Positions 1 to 13,670 of a DNA stretch of 64,000 nt are shown in pieces. Each line of letters starts with the position of its first letter. Positions within the stretch are counted from its first letter, which is position 1. A model generated the notes under the pieces. The model made no database searches and was not told where the DNA came from. It worked only from the letters and a program-made list of their open reading frames with translations. A program made the position numbers and the translations under genes. Origin of the DNA: Carcharhinus longimanus (lineage: Eukaryota); NCBI GenBank assembly GCA_030264375.1, contig JASCQW010000132.1, forward strand, positions 77,403,953-77,467,952. The letters are read 5' to 3'.

Positions 1-590
1 TACCCCTTCAAATCACTCAACCAAATTTGTGAGACATGATTTTCTACTCACAAAGCCATACTGACTGTCCCTAATCAATCCTTGCATCTCTAAATGCCTG
101 TAGATCCTGTCTCTCAAAATACCTTCCAACAACTTATCCACCAGAAATGTAAGGCTCACAGGCCTGTAGTTCCCAGGCTTTTCCCTGCAGCCCTTTTTAA
201 ACAAAGGCACAATATTTGCCACCCTCCAGTCTTCAGGCACCTCATCCGTGACTATTGATCATTCAAATATCTCTGCTAGGGGATCCGCAATTTCCTCCCC
301 AGCCTTCCGCAATGTCCTGGGATATACTTCATCAGGTCCCTGGTATTTATCTACCTTGATGCGTTTTAAGACTTCCACCACCTCTTTCTCTGTAATATGT
401 ACACTCTTCAAGACATCACTATTTATTTCTCCAAGTTCCCTAACATCCATGCTTTTCCCAACAGTAAATACTGATGACAAATATTCAGTTAGGGTCTCAC
501 CCATCCCTTGTGAATCCGCACATAGATGACTTCGTTGATCCTTAAGAGGCCCTACCCTTTCCCTTGTTACTCTTTTGCTCTTTATATATA
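1..590 (-). mobile_element. CR1-type LINE ORF2 (reverse transcriptase) fragment, decayed
   Basis: ORFs 13..240 and 259..504 read PEDWRVANIVPLFKKG..PGNYRPVSLT..QYGFVSRKSCLTNL and VDKYQGPDEVYPRTLR, typical CR1 RT N-terminal motifs; frameshifted. Confidence 0.93.
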
Positions 591-844
591 AGGTGACTAC
601 TTCTAATTAATATATTTTGCGATGAATTGTAAAATACAAATCAAACTTTTGTTTTCTATCACAAATTATTATTGACTTTAATACACTGAACAGTACTAGG
701 ACTTTGCTTTAATTAATAGAATGTAGTCGACATTACAAAAAAATCTCAATTCAAAGTGTAGATAGCCTAACGTTGCGGGGGTCGGGGGGGGGAGATATTT
801 TCCTATCTTATCTCATGCATTCAGTCTCCCCATCTTGTCACCTA

Positions 845-2560
845 CCTTGCTTTGATTTATTGTTACATTTATGGGGAGACAGTGAAAAGTATTGTTTCTT
901 ATGCGCTATACAGACAAAAACATACTCAAAGTATGTGGAGTAGAAGGAAAGGAGAGGGTGCGGAACATAGTGCTGCAGTTACAGATAGAGGAAAGATCAG
1001 CTTAATATATAATAGGTCCATTCAAAAATCTGATGGCAGCAGGGAAGAAGCTGTTCTTAAGTTGCTTAGTACGTGTTCTCTTTTTCCCAATGGAAGAAGG
1101 TGAAAGAGAGTATCCTAGATTATGCTGGCTGTTTTTTTTTGAGGCAGCGGGAAGTGTAGATGGAGTCAATGGATGGGAGATTGGTTTGTGTGATGACTGG
1201 GTTTTGTTCACAACCTTTGTAATTTCTTATGGTCTTGGGCAGAGCAGGAGCCATACCAAGCTGTGATACATCCAGATGTTTTCTATGGTGCGTCTATAAA
1301 AATTAATGAACATCATAGCAGACATGCTGAATTTCCTTAGCCTCCTGAGGAAAGTAAAGGCATTGGTAGGCTTTCTTAACTGTAGTGTCAGCATGGAGGG
1401 ACAAAGACAGATTGTTGGTAATCTGAACATCTAGAAACTTGAAGCTTTCAACCATTTCCACTTCATTGCTATCAAGGTAGGCAGGGGCATGTCCTCCACT
1501 ACGCTTCCAAAAGTCGATGACTACCTGCTTCATTTTACTGACATTTAGGGAGAAATTATTGTCATCAGACCAATCTAACCAATCAGAATCAGATTCTTTA
1601 CCTCTTTCCTGTACTCCATCTCATCGCTGTTTGAGATCTGACCCACTACGGTGGTGTTACCAGCAAACTTGAAAGAAGAGTTGGAGCGGAGTTTGGCCAC
1701 ACAGTCATAAATGCATAACGAGTATAGTAAGGGTTTGAGGATGCAGCCTTGAGGACACTGGTGTTGAGGATAATCGTGGGGGAGGTATCATTACTTATCC
1801 ACGCTGTTTGTGGTCTATGGGTTAGGAAGTCTAAGATCCAGTTTCGGAGGAGGAGCGGAGCCCCAGACCATGGAGTTTGGAGATGGGTTTTTTGGGATAA
1901 TGATGTTTAAAACTGAGCTGTAGTCAATAAATATGAGTCTGATGTATCTTTGTTAACCAGGTATTCCAGGGTTGAGTATAGGGCCAGGGAAATGGTGTCT
2001 GTTGTGAACCTTTTGCAGCAGTAGGTGAACTATAGTGGATCCAGACAATCTGGAAAACCAGAGTTGATGTGTGCCATGACTAACCTTTTGAAGAACTTCA
2101 CCATAATGGTTGTCAGATCTCTCAGGCATTAGTCATTAGGCATTAGCTTTTGTTTTGATACAGGGATGATGGTTATCTTCTTGAAGCAAGTAGGGGCCTC
2201 AGATCAGAGTAGGGAGAGGTTAAAGATGTCTGCAAATACCCCTGCCAGCTGGGCTGCGCAAGACCTGAGTAATCATCTAGGTACCCCATCCGGACCCGTT
2301 GCTTTTTGATGATTAACTTTCTAGAAGGCCCGTTTAACGTCTGCGATGGTGACCTCAGATACGAGTCTGACCAAGGCATTCAGTGCGGGTGACATCCTCT
2401 CATGGACCTCTTGCTCAAAATGGGCATAGAATGTGTTGAGCTCATTGGGGTTAGGGGTTGCATTGTTTCCAGAGGTTGTACACGTTTTCACCTTGTAGCC
2501 TGTTATGTAGTGTAGTGCCATAGTCAGTACACGTTCATGGACTCCTGAAGTCCTGAAGAA
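845..2560 (-). mobile_element. Rex1/Babar-type LINE, 3' part, decayed
   Basis: Peptides KQVVIDFWK..VEMVESFKFLDVQITNNLS..KKAYQCLYFLRRLRKF and C-terminal LKNSFFPAAIRFLN; PNELNTFYAHFE upstream; AATAAA near the 3' end on the minus strand (~857-862). Confidence 0.88.
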
Positions 2561-2599
2561 CATAAATCTTTCACTTCCATCACAGTGCCCTAAAGATCA

Positions 2600-3240
2600 T
2601 TTCAAATGTTCTCCCCGACATTAAACTTTGCTTTCTCTAATGCTGGTGTCCAAAGTTGAACCTCCTCAATTGTGAGCCGATTACAGTTATGTTTAAACTC
2701 CTCCAGATTATACATTTATTCAAATAAATTCCATTCTTTTGCATATTGTAACTTCAACATCTATCATTTGTCCTTGAATCATTTAAAATTCACTTTCAAT
2801 TAACTCATAGCCATCATTTGTCCAAATGTTGGACCCATTTTCTTTTCAATTACAGTACATCACCCTTGTCTGTATTTGATTTCACCCCGCAGTGTTCCTC
2901 AGATTTTATTTTGCACCTTCTGTAGGTCCCTGCTGCTTTCTCACTGACTTGATCTCTTGTTTACTATCATTCGTCAATCTAACCAATTTGTATTGAGTTA
3001 CTGAATCCAAGAAATTGGTGTAAATTAAAAACATTTGGGACCGCAAAACAACCCAATCCCTGGAGTAGTCCACACAGTAATTCCTCTAACTGCGTTGTTT
3101 TGCTCAGCCAGTTTTTTATCTGCTTCCAGGTTTTATTTTGCATTTCCATTGCTTTGAGCTTCTGTAGAAACTTTCTGTTGCTGAAAGTTTTGGTCTTGAA
3201 AAGCTTTCCATTGCTGCAAACACTTGTTCTTATATCCACG
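2600..3240 (-). mobile_element. Old CR1-like LINE RT fragment
   Basis: FLQKLKAMEMQNKTWKQIKNWL resembles CR1 RT LL.KL...G.....WI.NWL; heavily degenerate. Confidence 0.5.
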
Positions 3241-5819
3241 CACTATTCAATCTTGTTCTTTCCTTAGCAAAATGAAGGTGTCTGTGTTAATGACCACAAT
3301 GAAACATTGCACCATTGTCTCGTAGGCAGACTTTAAACTGCTGCCGACTGATGGAAACTGTCTGTGGTTAATCTAGTACACCACAAAGTGCTATATTTAT
3401 TACTAATCACATATGGGAAGAAGATCTAAATATAATGTCAAATGTCAAAAGTTAAACATTTAATTACTTAGCTGAAACATCACTACAGTAAGATTCAGTT
3501 AATATTCACAAAGAAAATACCGACCTTCCCAACAATTTCAAAACAAATTACTTTATGCTTAGTCATAAAGGTCAGAAAAAATACTTCAAAGTTCTTATTT
3601 GCATTCCTCCCTCATGTTACCATTTAACCTTTTGAGACCTGGTATGAACACAACCATCACCTTATAAAATCCTACAGACATGCAGGCAGGAATCCTCATT
3701 CCCTGACAGGAAAATGGTCCATCAAGAAGCTGGCATGTGAGCAGCAGCTGATTTTAATGACCAGCCTTCAATAAGAACATAAGAAATAAAATACTGCCAG
3801 ACAACTTTGCACCCATTCTGGGACAGAAATTGGCAGGAAGTGTTCCAAAAAGTGGGCCAAATGTAAGTGCTGGGATGGTGGAAGAGTAGGGGCCTTGGGA
3901 CCATCAGTGTTCATGGGGTCAAGAAGTCTGAGAAGACAACCTTGCCTTGTGGGGTCTGCAGGTGTACCCCTGTTCCCACAAGGGAAGGTTTAAGCTTACT
4001 TGGAAATATTAGTCTACAGACCTGGTTGTAGTTGCTGAGGAGACCACATTGGCTCCCATACTCTTTACTTGGTTAAGGTAGTATTAGAATTCTGTTAAAA
4101 ATCACATGGAACAGGAATGAAGTGGGTATTCATGTTTTCACATCAGGAGAACCTAGATATTAAATGTTTGCTGAGGAAAGTAATTGGAGTCTCTCCAGAT
4201 AAGAGGAGGGATGTAGAATGAGCTACAATTATCTTGTATTAAAATTACTGCCAGTGTTTTGCAAACTGCACAATGATCTTCAATTAAGTGCCTTAAATTG
4301 TCAGGGAGAAAAGGCAAAGTGAAAGGCACAGAGTAAAATAAGGATGAATTCACAGTATGTGGGTTAGTAAATGAACAAACTATCTGCCAGTTGAAAGGAT
4401 TACTCCAGGTGTTGCAATCTCAAATGTATACTTATTACAATTGTTATTGATAACAAATTGAATCTGTATCTCTGTGCAATTAATGGAACAATGAAAGCTA
4501 AATAACAATGTAAATCAGTGCCTTATTAAGTTGATTATGTATAATTCTTTCTATGTGGGGGAGAAATCCATTTACAAAGCACCACTTCTAGGTAGTAAGT
4601 AAAATTAGCAATAACCAAGACAAAATACAGTCTAAGAAATTAATTTGAGTAGCAACACCTCTAGTGCCCCCTACCTGCTCCAATAAATCAACAGACGTCT
4701 GTGTAGTACTGTGACATGAACAACAAAATTCTCCCCCTTTATACTTACCCTCTCCACCCCTTGTTATTGCTAATGTTACCTACTTGCTTTATTTTTTAGT
4801 TGGCAATATGAATAAAATAAATTAACGTGCAGGCCCTATGAAATAGGAGGCCAGCTGTCATAGCATGAGTTCCAATTACAAATAGTCATTCTGTGCCAAA
4901 CTCCTCAGAAAAGCACAGTAGGCACATTGTATAAAGTGAAAACTGAGCCTCAAAAAGCTGGATGGTTAAAGAGATCTGCCTGGGCTTGACACACAAAACT
5001 TCTGCTGTGGTAAATTGTGTGGTTTCCTTCAAAAATCCTTCATCAATATCAAGGTTTGTATTAAAAGCCAGATCTGAGTTGACATAACCTTTGTATTTCG
5101 TAGTTCAAAGCATAATGTTAAAATACAGTTCCAGTCAATGTTTTGTTTAGTTAATCTGGAATTTATATGGAATATCAACGCAGGAGTAAAGGCCATTAAA
5201 TATAACCATTTTTCATTCATTTCTGAACTTTTTGTCTGTACTACTTTTTTGGGAGAAGATCATAGACTGACTCCAATTGTGAGAATGACTTTTCATGTTA
5301 CCAGACTATCTTCATGAGTGTGTTGTTAAAACAATGTGCTTAAAAATATGGCTTACAGTAATTGGACAATTTCCGCAGTTTGATTTCCTTTTGTTAAAAA
5401 GTCTATGTTCTTAACCTCCTTCCACCTTCACAAATACAATGCATTTTTTAAAGAAACATTAAAATAAAGATCAATGATCAACCAAGCAAAAAACATATTA
5501 TATGTCACCTCTACTAAATAGGTCAAATGACAGTTGCTCTTTCAGTCTGTTTGAGNNNNNNNNNNNNTAGAAATATCTGTAATTATAAGTAGTATCCATT
5601 GGTATTGCAATCAAGTCAAACAGTCAATAATTTCTTATCATACAGCTATTGAGAATTTTCCCATTCAAGTTTGAACTTAATATACCAATTAAATAGAAAA
5701 TCATTTTAAGTAGCAAAAAGCTATATGTATAGCCATAACTGCTGGATTTAACCTTAAGAAATTCTAGCAAATGGTAGTACACAGGTAATGTGGCCTTGGA
5801 CAATTGATATGGCGATGCA

Positions 5820-6550
5820 AGTTCAGTGAGGAAATCTATCTGGTTCATAATTATCCTTGAGGGAAGGAAGTCTGCCTTTCTGACCTGATCTGGCCTGGAT
5901 GTGATTCTGGATCCACAGCAATGTTGCTGACTCTTAACTGTACTTTGAAATGACCACACATACCACTCAGTTGTATTACTGTGCTACTGAGAAGTCGGAA
6001 AAGAGTAAAATCTGTCAACAACTTGCAAGTGTCAATGACAAAGATACACCCTAGCCTGTCAACCTTGCAAAATGCTCCTTATTAACATTGAGCGATTTTT
6101 TTTTTTAAACCAAAGTTGTCCCACTATCTACAAGCAGAACTGTATTCAACCACAATCTGTAAACCCATGGCCCAGTATAGCCCAAGCCATGAGCTCAAAC
6201 ATGGTTCAATCAGGACTTCAAGAGAGCATGCCAAGAGCAGTACAAGGTGTACCTAAACATGAGGTGCCAAACTTGTGAAGCTACAATAGAGGACTACATG
6301 CACAGGACTAAAAAGCAGAAACAGTATGTGACAGGCAGGACAAAGCGATCCCACAACAAATCCATCAGATCTTAGCCCTGCCACATTCGGTCATGAATAG
6401 TGTTGGACAATGGAACAACCAGTCAAAGAAGGAAGGTCCACAAACATCTCCAACCTCAATGAAGATAGAATCCAGCATCTCATGGAAAAGATAAAACTCA
6501 AATATTTGAAACCATCTTCAGTCAGAAGTGTTGAGTGGATTATCCTCATG
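5820..6550 (+). mobile_element. Family-B SINE-like body running into LINE family-B internal sequence
   Basis: 5825-5975 matches the SINE body at 60900-61030; 6255-6550 matches LINE 36840-37140 (gaggtg.caa..tgtgaagctac, gcgatcccacaac, atcttcag.cagaagtg). Confidence 0.7.
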
Positions 6551-6569
6551 GATAACCAAAAAGAAAATA

Positions 6570-6720
6570 ACACTTACATTTACATGGTGCTTTTCATGAA
6601 CACTGGACATCTCAAAGTGTAATTAAGAACTTTAGAAGTAAGGTCATTGTTGTAGAGTCAGAAATATAGCAGCCAGTTAGCACAAAACTAATCCCCCAAA
6701 AAAGCAACGTGATAATAATC
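6570..6720 (-). mobile_element. DeuSINE (SacSINE1/AmnSINE1-like) 3' fragment
   Basis: acttacatttacatggtgcttttc..ttgttgtag..gcagccagttagcaca is similar to 44765-44920 and to the recalled Deu-domain/tail consensus. Confidence 0.5.
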
Positions 6721-8035
6721 GGCAAAGAAAGGAATGGAAGAATAGCATCAGAATGAGGAATATCCACGTAGGGAGTCTTTGCAAGCAGTCAGAGAAAGGA
6801 GATAGCCCTTTTTCAGAAAATGGGAGGACAAGCCAGCAACTTCACACTTGAAGACAAGACTGGAGGTAACAGAGATAGTGAGCAGCTGACAGGAATTTGC
6901 AAGAGCATTGCACCAATGTGAGAAGAGATTGAATGACCTGCCATGGTCTGGAAAGATGGGTGGAATTTAGCATTGGAAAATGGAAGCCCAACATGAAATA
7001 AAAGGCAGCCATGAAATGTGAAACCAGGTGATAGCAGCAGGATAACTTTGGGGAGCCAGCCTCTAATAGACCCATACCATATGAAAGGACCCCACTCTCC
7101 CATTCCTGTCCCCAGTGGGCTGATAAAATTGTGCCCCATGGGTGCACTGTCAGCTGTTAACATATACTTGGAAAATTGAGTATCATTAATAATTTTTCTC
7201 ACTAAATTGAATGATTATTAAAGTTAACTTAAAACAGCACTTACTCAATAGAATGCTTTATTGTATATTACAATTTGAAAATGTTGATGAAAAAGACAAT
7301 AATTCTCAGCATTACTTTACAAGGATAAAAATCCCCATACTGCATTCTCTTTCACAAGGTATAAAGTATTACAATAGCGGACTCAGTGAAAGTGGTTCTT
7401 GAAAGCTGCATTAACACCTTGGGTTTTAGCTGAATATATAGAGGGGCTTTAATGGCTAGCACTTAAGTAAAGTCTTATCTGTATAACAAATTGAACATGA
7501 CATTAATCAGTTCTTCTACCGCAAAAGAAAATCATGGAATCAATTAACAACATCACACTTGCACACAAAGAGAAATCAGCACACAACTTAATGATAGTCT
7601 CTCTCATGTAACTCAGCTAATGATATGATTTGCTTCATTATTTGAAGTGACAGAAATTTCAACTGACTGAATAATTTAAGAAACAGAAATGAGCAAACGT
7701 AACCAGCTGCTGTGAAAAAAAAAATGTTTAGTGTGTGATAAAATCATTTGTTACAGTATTTTTCTCACAAATTGGAACATTATTTTAGAACTATTTAAAT
7801 CCTTTCCCAAGATATTTGGCTTGTCTTTGTGTAGAGGTGTTTACTGGACAGAAATCACTTCATGGAAGGCAGATTTTAACTAATTACACATCTAACTGGA
7901 AAAAATGAATCATATAAGAATAATCATTATTGGTGAATGTAGCTGAAATTGATAGTTTTGCACCCAAGATGCAGTCATATCCAAAGAGTGTTCATAGAGG
8001 CATGGGGGCAATTTTCCATTCACGTTGTGCACGTC

Positions 8036-8857
8036 GGCCCCAATTTTACCATTGCATTGCACCCAAAAGTGGGCGCAAAAACTTGGCACAGTCAGGCATG
8101 AGGCCATTCATGTGATCTGATCTCACGTCCATGCAGATGCCCACTTTACCAAGGCCTGAAAATGGCTATGATCTGATTCGCACCCAAAACGGGCAAAATG
8201 ACAATATAAATGCATTTGCAAATGTTTAAATTGAATTAATAGGCTGCCCGCCCAATTTTACCAGCATTTCCCCCTCTACCATCGCATTCGTGCATCCACA
8301 TTCCGCACAAAACCGACCTGCTCGGTAAAGGTCTGTTTCAGGCACTCAACTTCTGAAGAGGTAGGAGGCGAGTCAGATCATTCTCTGGTGAGGGGTGGGA
8401 GGGAGCCCGATCATTTTCTGGTGGGGAGGTGGAAAGAAGGAGGGGGGTCAGATGTATCTCTGGTGGGAGTGGGGAAGGGAAGACAGGTCGTTCTCTGCTG
8501 GGTGGGAGGGAGGGAGGGAGGGCAGAGGGAGGCCAGATCATTATCTGGTGGGTGGAGATGGGAGGGGAAATAGGGGGGGACCACTACCACTCTATGGGTG
8601 ATCGGTGCGGGGGGAAGAGGGGGTCCACTNNNNNNNNNNNNNNNNNNNNNNNNNNNNNNNNNNNNNNNNNNNNNNNNNNNNNNNNNNNNNNNNNNNNNNN
8701 NNNNNNNNNNNNNNNNNNNNNNNNNNNNNTGTGATTCAGACTTGCAAATTTTTTTTCAGGCTGAGTGCATGTGGGGGCACCTGAGAACAGATTTCCAAGT
8801 CGGATCTGAATTGCGCCCAGATTCAGCACTTAGAATGAAAATGGTAAAATCTGGCCC
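8036..8857. mobile_element. Non-autonomous DNA transposon (Harbinger-type MITE), spans a gap
   Basis: Terminal inverted repeats ggccccaattttaccattgcatt / aatgaaaatggtaaaatctggccc; GC-rich purine/pyrimidine interior. Confidence 0.7.
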
Positions 8858-9989
8858 ATTGTGTTGGGGCCACGTGGGGTCAGAGAATCGCAGGGAAAGG
8901 GAATAGCCGACAATAATGGCCTTTGGAATTCTCCCAGTCCCTGCACCTGGACATAATCTGGTCCCCTCCCAGGGGAGGAGGGCAGGAACCAGATTAGCAT
9001 ATTTGAATATTCATTAAAATATGCTTATGTTTCAAGCCAGAGTCGCCTTGTTCCTGGAATTCTCCAACCCTCAGCGCAGCCGAAACCCGGTGCGAATCAC
9101 AAATGGTCTCCATTTAAGGAGGCCAGGTGTGGTGGCCATGCTGGGGGGCTTGGGAGGCTATTGAAGCTACTGGGTGGTTGAAGGGCCTGGTTGGACAGTG
9201 GCCACTGGATGCCTTAGGGATCTCCAGTTAGTGGTATTCCCATATGTCTGCTGCCTTTGCCATTATGGACGGTAGAGGTCATGAGTTTGGAAGGTGACCA
9301 AATGGCAGCGGAGGAAGGGAATGCTAGCTGTGCCCTAGAAGCAGACCCCTGCCAGCCAGTAGGAGATTATAGCAAGGGCTGGGGATATTCCAGAGGAGGC
9401 TGAGGGTGCCATGCACCCTCACTGGCCTCAGTTTCCACTGCTCTCTAGCAGAGAGCATCTGTGGTGCAAGTACAATTTATGACGGCTCTGTAGAAATACA
9501 CCCAATGCAGTCGCAGGCAGAGTCCCTGTAAAATGAGGGCAGTGGACACGGTCTCATAGGATGTGAGCAGCCTTCTTCCACCTTCTCGGAGGCAACAAAA
9601 GGAAAGAGAGTCATATACGTATTCATGGGGCATTACATCACTTTGTTCACTGAATGGGTCAGAATGTAATTAAAACATCTGTTTGTTACAATGGTTATCA
9701 TGTTATTTACATTTCATTGTTAAATATTTACAATGTACAGAGAGATCATCAGATTCTCATTGTTGCCAGTGGAGACTGCAGCCAGTAATCTATTTCTGTG
9801 TGACAGTAGGATTGTGAAGAATGTTGGCATGGTTGCTTGTAGTACCAGGTAGGTTTTCAACTACTCAGGACCCTCAGCTGAACCATTGCTGGGTCTGCAT
9901 GAATTCCTTTCTGATTCTCTAGGCATCGTCTCAGCCAAGTACCTGTACCAGCCACAGTACCTGTAGTCCATTCTATTCATCTGAATCCT

Positions 9990-10660
9990 CTTCCTCTGAG
10001 TTGCCTGGCCTTCATTCTCTATCATCCTGCTCCTCCTCCTCCTCTGATGATGATGATGGTGGTGGTATAGGGCCTTCTTCACTCTCTGCCTGCTCAAGCA
10101 TTACTCTTTGTTGTGCCTTGGTGTGCAGCATGCAAGACATTGCATTCCTGGCATGTATCATAGGCCTCCATCAGAATGGTCAATTCAACAAACCTCATTT
10201 TAAGGGTCCTGGTGTGCAGTTAGTTTTCACAATAGCACTTGGGCTCAGTTTGAGGATTTTACTGGGTTATTAGGAGCCATCATCACAGAGGGTAAACATT
10301 TGTTGCCCAGAGCCAAACCACAGATCTGGGAGATTTAGAGGAAGAGCTGAGGCAGACTTGGCTCTCAGGATAAATGCTTTGTGGCAGCAGCCTGGAAAGC
10401 ATGTAGAGACATGCAGGAAATTCTTTCTGTGATTACACACCAGTTGAACATTAATGGAATTGTAAGCCTTACTGTTTATAAACCTGCCAGGTATGTCCAC
10501 AGATGTCTTGATGACCATGTGTGCAATTAATCCCACCCCGGACCTAGGGGAAGCTGATTATTGTAACGTGGCCCTCTGCATCTGAGATCTCCATCCATTG
10601 AGAAGCTGATAACATCAGTGACCCTTGTGAAGTGAGCATTTATGATGCTGCTGCCTCTCC
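9990..10660 (-). pseudogene. PIF/Harbinger (HARBI1-like, DDE_Tnp_4) transposase remnant
   Basis: ORF 10270..10536 IAHMVIKTSVDIPGRFINSKAYNSINVQLVCNHRKNFLHVSTCFPGCCHKAFILR matches the Harbinger D.TH..I....F.NRKG.HS.NVQ.VCD...PGS.HD..IL motif; catalytic Asps lost, frameshifted; TIR-like aaaatctggccc ends at 10960. Confidence 0.85.
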
Positions 10661-11369
10661 CCCACTCGGCCCTTTCCTTAGGTGTTTTCTGCTCATTTTA
10701 ATGGAAAGCTATGATTAGTTTTAAGCTTACCAAAAAATTTTCACTTTTGAGTGGCCTCCCACACCATTCACAACTGGACTGTCATGGTTTAGGAGGCCTT
10801 CAAAACCTAAACACAGCACATAGAGTTTTCAACCTGCCCCCTTTCCCACATCTTTGAAAATGTTAATGCTGGAAATGGGGGCAGGGCTCCTGGATCCACA
10901 CCATTTTCTTTTCCCGCCTGGTGCCATATAGTTCTGTTGCAAGACAGCAAAATCTGGCCCCTGAATCTCTGGTAACGCAAGATAAAGAGGGAGTAATTAT
11001 GCAATTTGAGTGGTGATTAAATAACTTGCTTTCTTCTGGGCACCAAATATTATTTGGCGCATTCATGAATTACGAGATGATATCATGTTCTAGTTCTGTG
11101 CTGAAGTAAATTTTAAGAATGTAAATAAACTGATAATTATGCTTTGTGTACTCCACCCCCATCTCCAAATAATTCTCATTCTGTGACTTACTAATGAACT
11201 AAATGGTATTTAGTTGGCCATTCACTTCAGGGGACTGGCTTTAGGGTTAAGCTGTGGAAATTGGTCCATAAGGCAAATATCTCCCACTGAACAAGTAGTA
11301 CAACACATGTAAAATACATCCATACCTCCCATGTACACTACACCACAGTTATAATGTTATACATATGCA

Positions 11370-12930
11370 CAAATCACAGAATTGTGATAGAACAGATGTC
11401 CATTCAGTCCATTGTGCCTGCACTAGCTCTCCAAATGAGTGATTTAGCTTGTATCATTCCTCTGCCTTCTCCCTGTAGGCCTGCACATCCTTCTCACCCA
11501 AACAACAATCCAATTCCCTCTTGAATGCCTTGATTGATCCTATCTCCATTACACTCTTAGGTTGTGCATTCCAGATCCTAACAACTTGCTGTGTAAAAAC
11601 TTACTCCTTATGTTGCCATTGTTTCTTTAGCCAATTACTTGATATATATTCCGTCCTGCTTGCAATCCTTCCACCAATGGGTCTGTCCAGATCCCCTCAT
11701 GATTTTGAATACCTGCATCAAATCTTTTCTCAACCTACTCTTCTGCAAGGAAAACAATCTCGATATCTCCAATCTATCTTCATTAGAAGTTCCTCATCCC
11801 AGGGACCATTTATATGAATCTTTTCTCCACCTTTTCTAATGCCTTCACATCTTTCCTGAAGTGTGGCTCTCATAGCTAGGCACAATACTCCAGTTGTGGA
11901 TGAACCAGTGTAACAGAACTCCCTTGCTTTGTCACTCTATGTTCCTATTAATAAAATCTAGGATACCATATGCTTTATTAACCATGCTTTTAACCTGTCC
12001 TGTCATCTTCACTGATTCATGCACATATATACCCAGGTCCACATGCCCCTGCACCTGTTTAAAACTGTGCCTTTATTTTATATTGTCTCTCCATATTATT
12101 CCTACCAAACTGAACAACTTCACACCTCCTTGCATTAAATTTCATTTGCCACTTGGCCATCCATTCCACCAATCTGTAGTGTTCTTTTGAAGGTTCTACA
12201 TTCTCTTCCTTAGTTTACTTCCAAGTTTCATAACATCCACAAACTTTGAAATTGTGTACAGTACTATATGTATAGTACATACAGTAATTACACTATAAAA
12301 TTTCCTCTAGTCCAAAAACTCCCATTAACCATTCTCTGCCACTCACATCTTCATATCTATAAAGTGCTGTCTTTTTTATTACATGAGCTAAAACTTTGCT
12401 CGCAAGTCTGTTGTACTGCACTTTATTAAATGCCTTCTGGAAGTCCATCTCCATCATACCCACAACATTACTCTCATCAACCCTCTGTCATCTCATCAAA
12501 AAACTCCATAAGTTAGCTAAACGTGATTTGCCTTTAAAACAAAACCCTTATAGGCTTTCCTTAATCAAACTGCATTTATCAAAATGATTATTTTTGTACT
12601 GAGTTATCATTTCTAGAAACTTCCCACCATCAAAGTTAAATTGCCTGGCCTATAGTTGCTGAGCTTATTTTTACATCTTTTTTTGAACAAGGATATATTA
12701 TTTGAAATTTTCCAGTCCTTTGGCTGGAAAATTTCAAATATTACACCCTCAGTCCTCAAGGTTTAATGAAGATTCGAAAATTGTGGCCAGTCCCTCGGCA
12801 ATTTGCGTTCTCATTTCCGTGAGAATGCAACCCATCTGGTCCTGGTGCCTTATCAGCTCTAAGCAAAGGCAACCTATCTAATGCCTTCGCCTTCTCGATA
12901 TTAGACCTTTCAAGTGCATAAATTGCCTCC
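11370..12930 (-). mobile_element. CR1 LINE, 3' half, decayed
   Basis: CR1 3' tail at ~11370-11430; RT motif remnants, e.g. LRADKAPGPDGLH in ORF 12756..12953. Confidence 0.85.
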
Positions 12931-13479
12931 TCTTTTGCCTTGAATATTGGCAATTATTTGAACTATGTCAAATTAAACATCAGTTTTCTTCAGTTAACTC
13001 ATAAAAAGGTTAATAATTTAAGCAATGGAATGGATACCGGAATGGAAATGTAACAGCTACAAAGTGAGAAAGTTTGGGAATTATTTACACCATAAAGGTG
13101 TAAAAACCTCTGTGTCTGAACAGGTCTGTTGCTACAGCAATGTTATGACTTGGATAAAAGATACTTTAAAAGATTAACTAAACTTTGTGAGAATCAATAA
13201 TTGGCTGATGTATTCAGAAAATGAGGGCAACATTCCAGTATTCCAGTGGTATGTCAAGACATGAAAATACATCATAAAAGCTTCCTCAACTTGTAGCGGG
13301 TTTCATGAGATCAATGGATAGCTGAAAAGAGCTCTTCAGTTTCCTATTAGGAATGCATTAAATGCAAGTGATGTTTCGCAATGTGAATCAGGAGAATTTG
13401 AGAGAGGCACATTGCAAACTCCTGCTTCTGGAATAAATGACGACAGATTAAGTTTTAGGAATTGGACACTCTGCCCCCT

Positions 13480-13670
13480 GAATCATAAAATCCCTACAGC
13501 TCAGAGGCCATTCAGCCCATCCGGTCTGCACCAACTCTCCAAAAGAGCATCCCACCCAGATTCATCCCCATCCTATTCCCAAAACACAGCTCATTTACCA
13601 CGGCTAATGCACATAATCTACAAATTCCTAAACACTAAGGAGCAATTTAGCATGGCCAATCCACCTAACT
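13480..13670 (-). mobile_element. HE1/V-SINE 3' part
   Basis: aatccctacagc..aggccattcagcccatc tail and caatttagcatggccaatccacctaac V-domain end, matching 20790-20960. Confidence 0.8.

Noticed and set aside
9861-10097. ORF with HHHHHHH/RRRR runs
   Set aside because: Alternative-frame reading of (gat)n/(cct)n low-complexity sequence at the acidic tail of the Harbinger transposase remnant.
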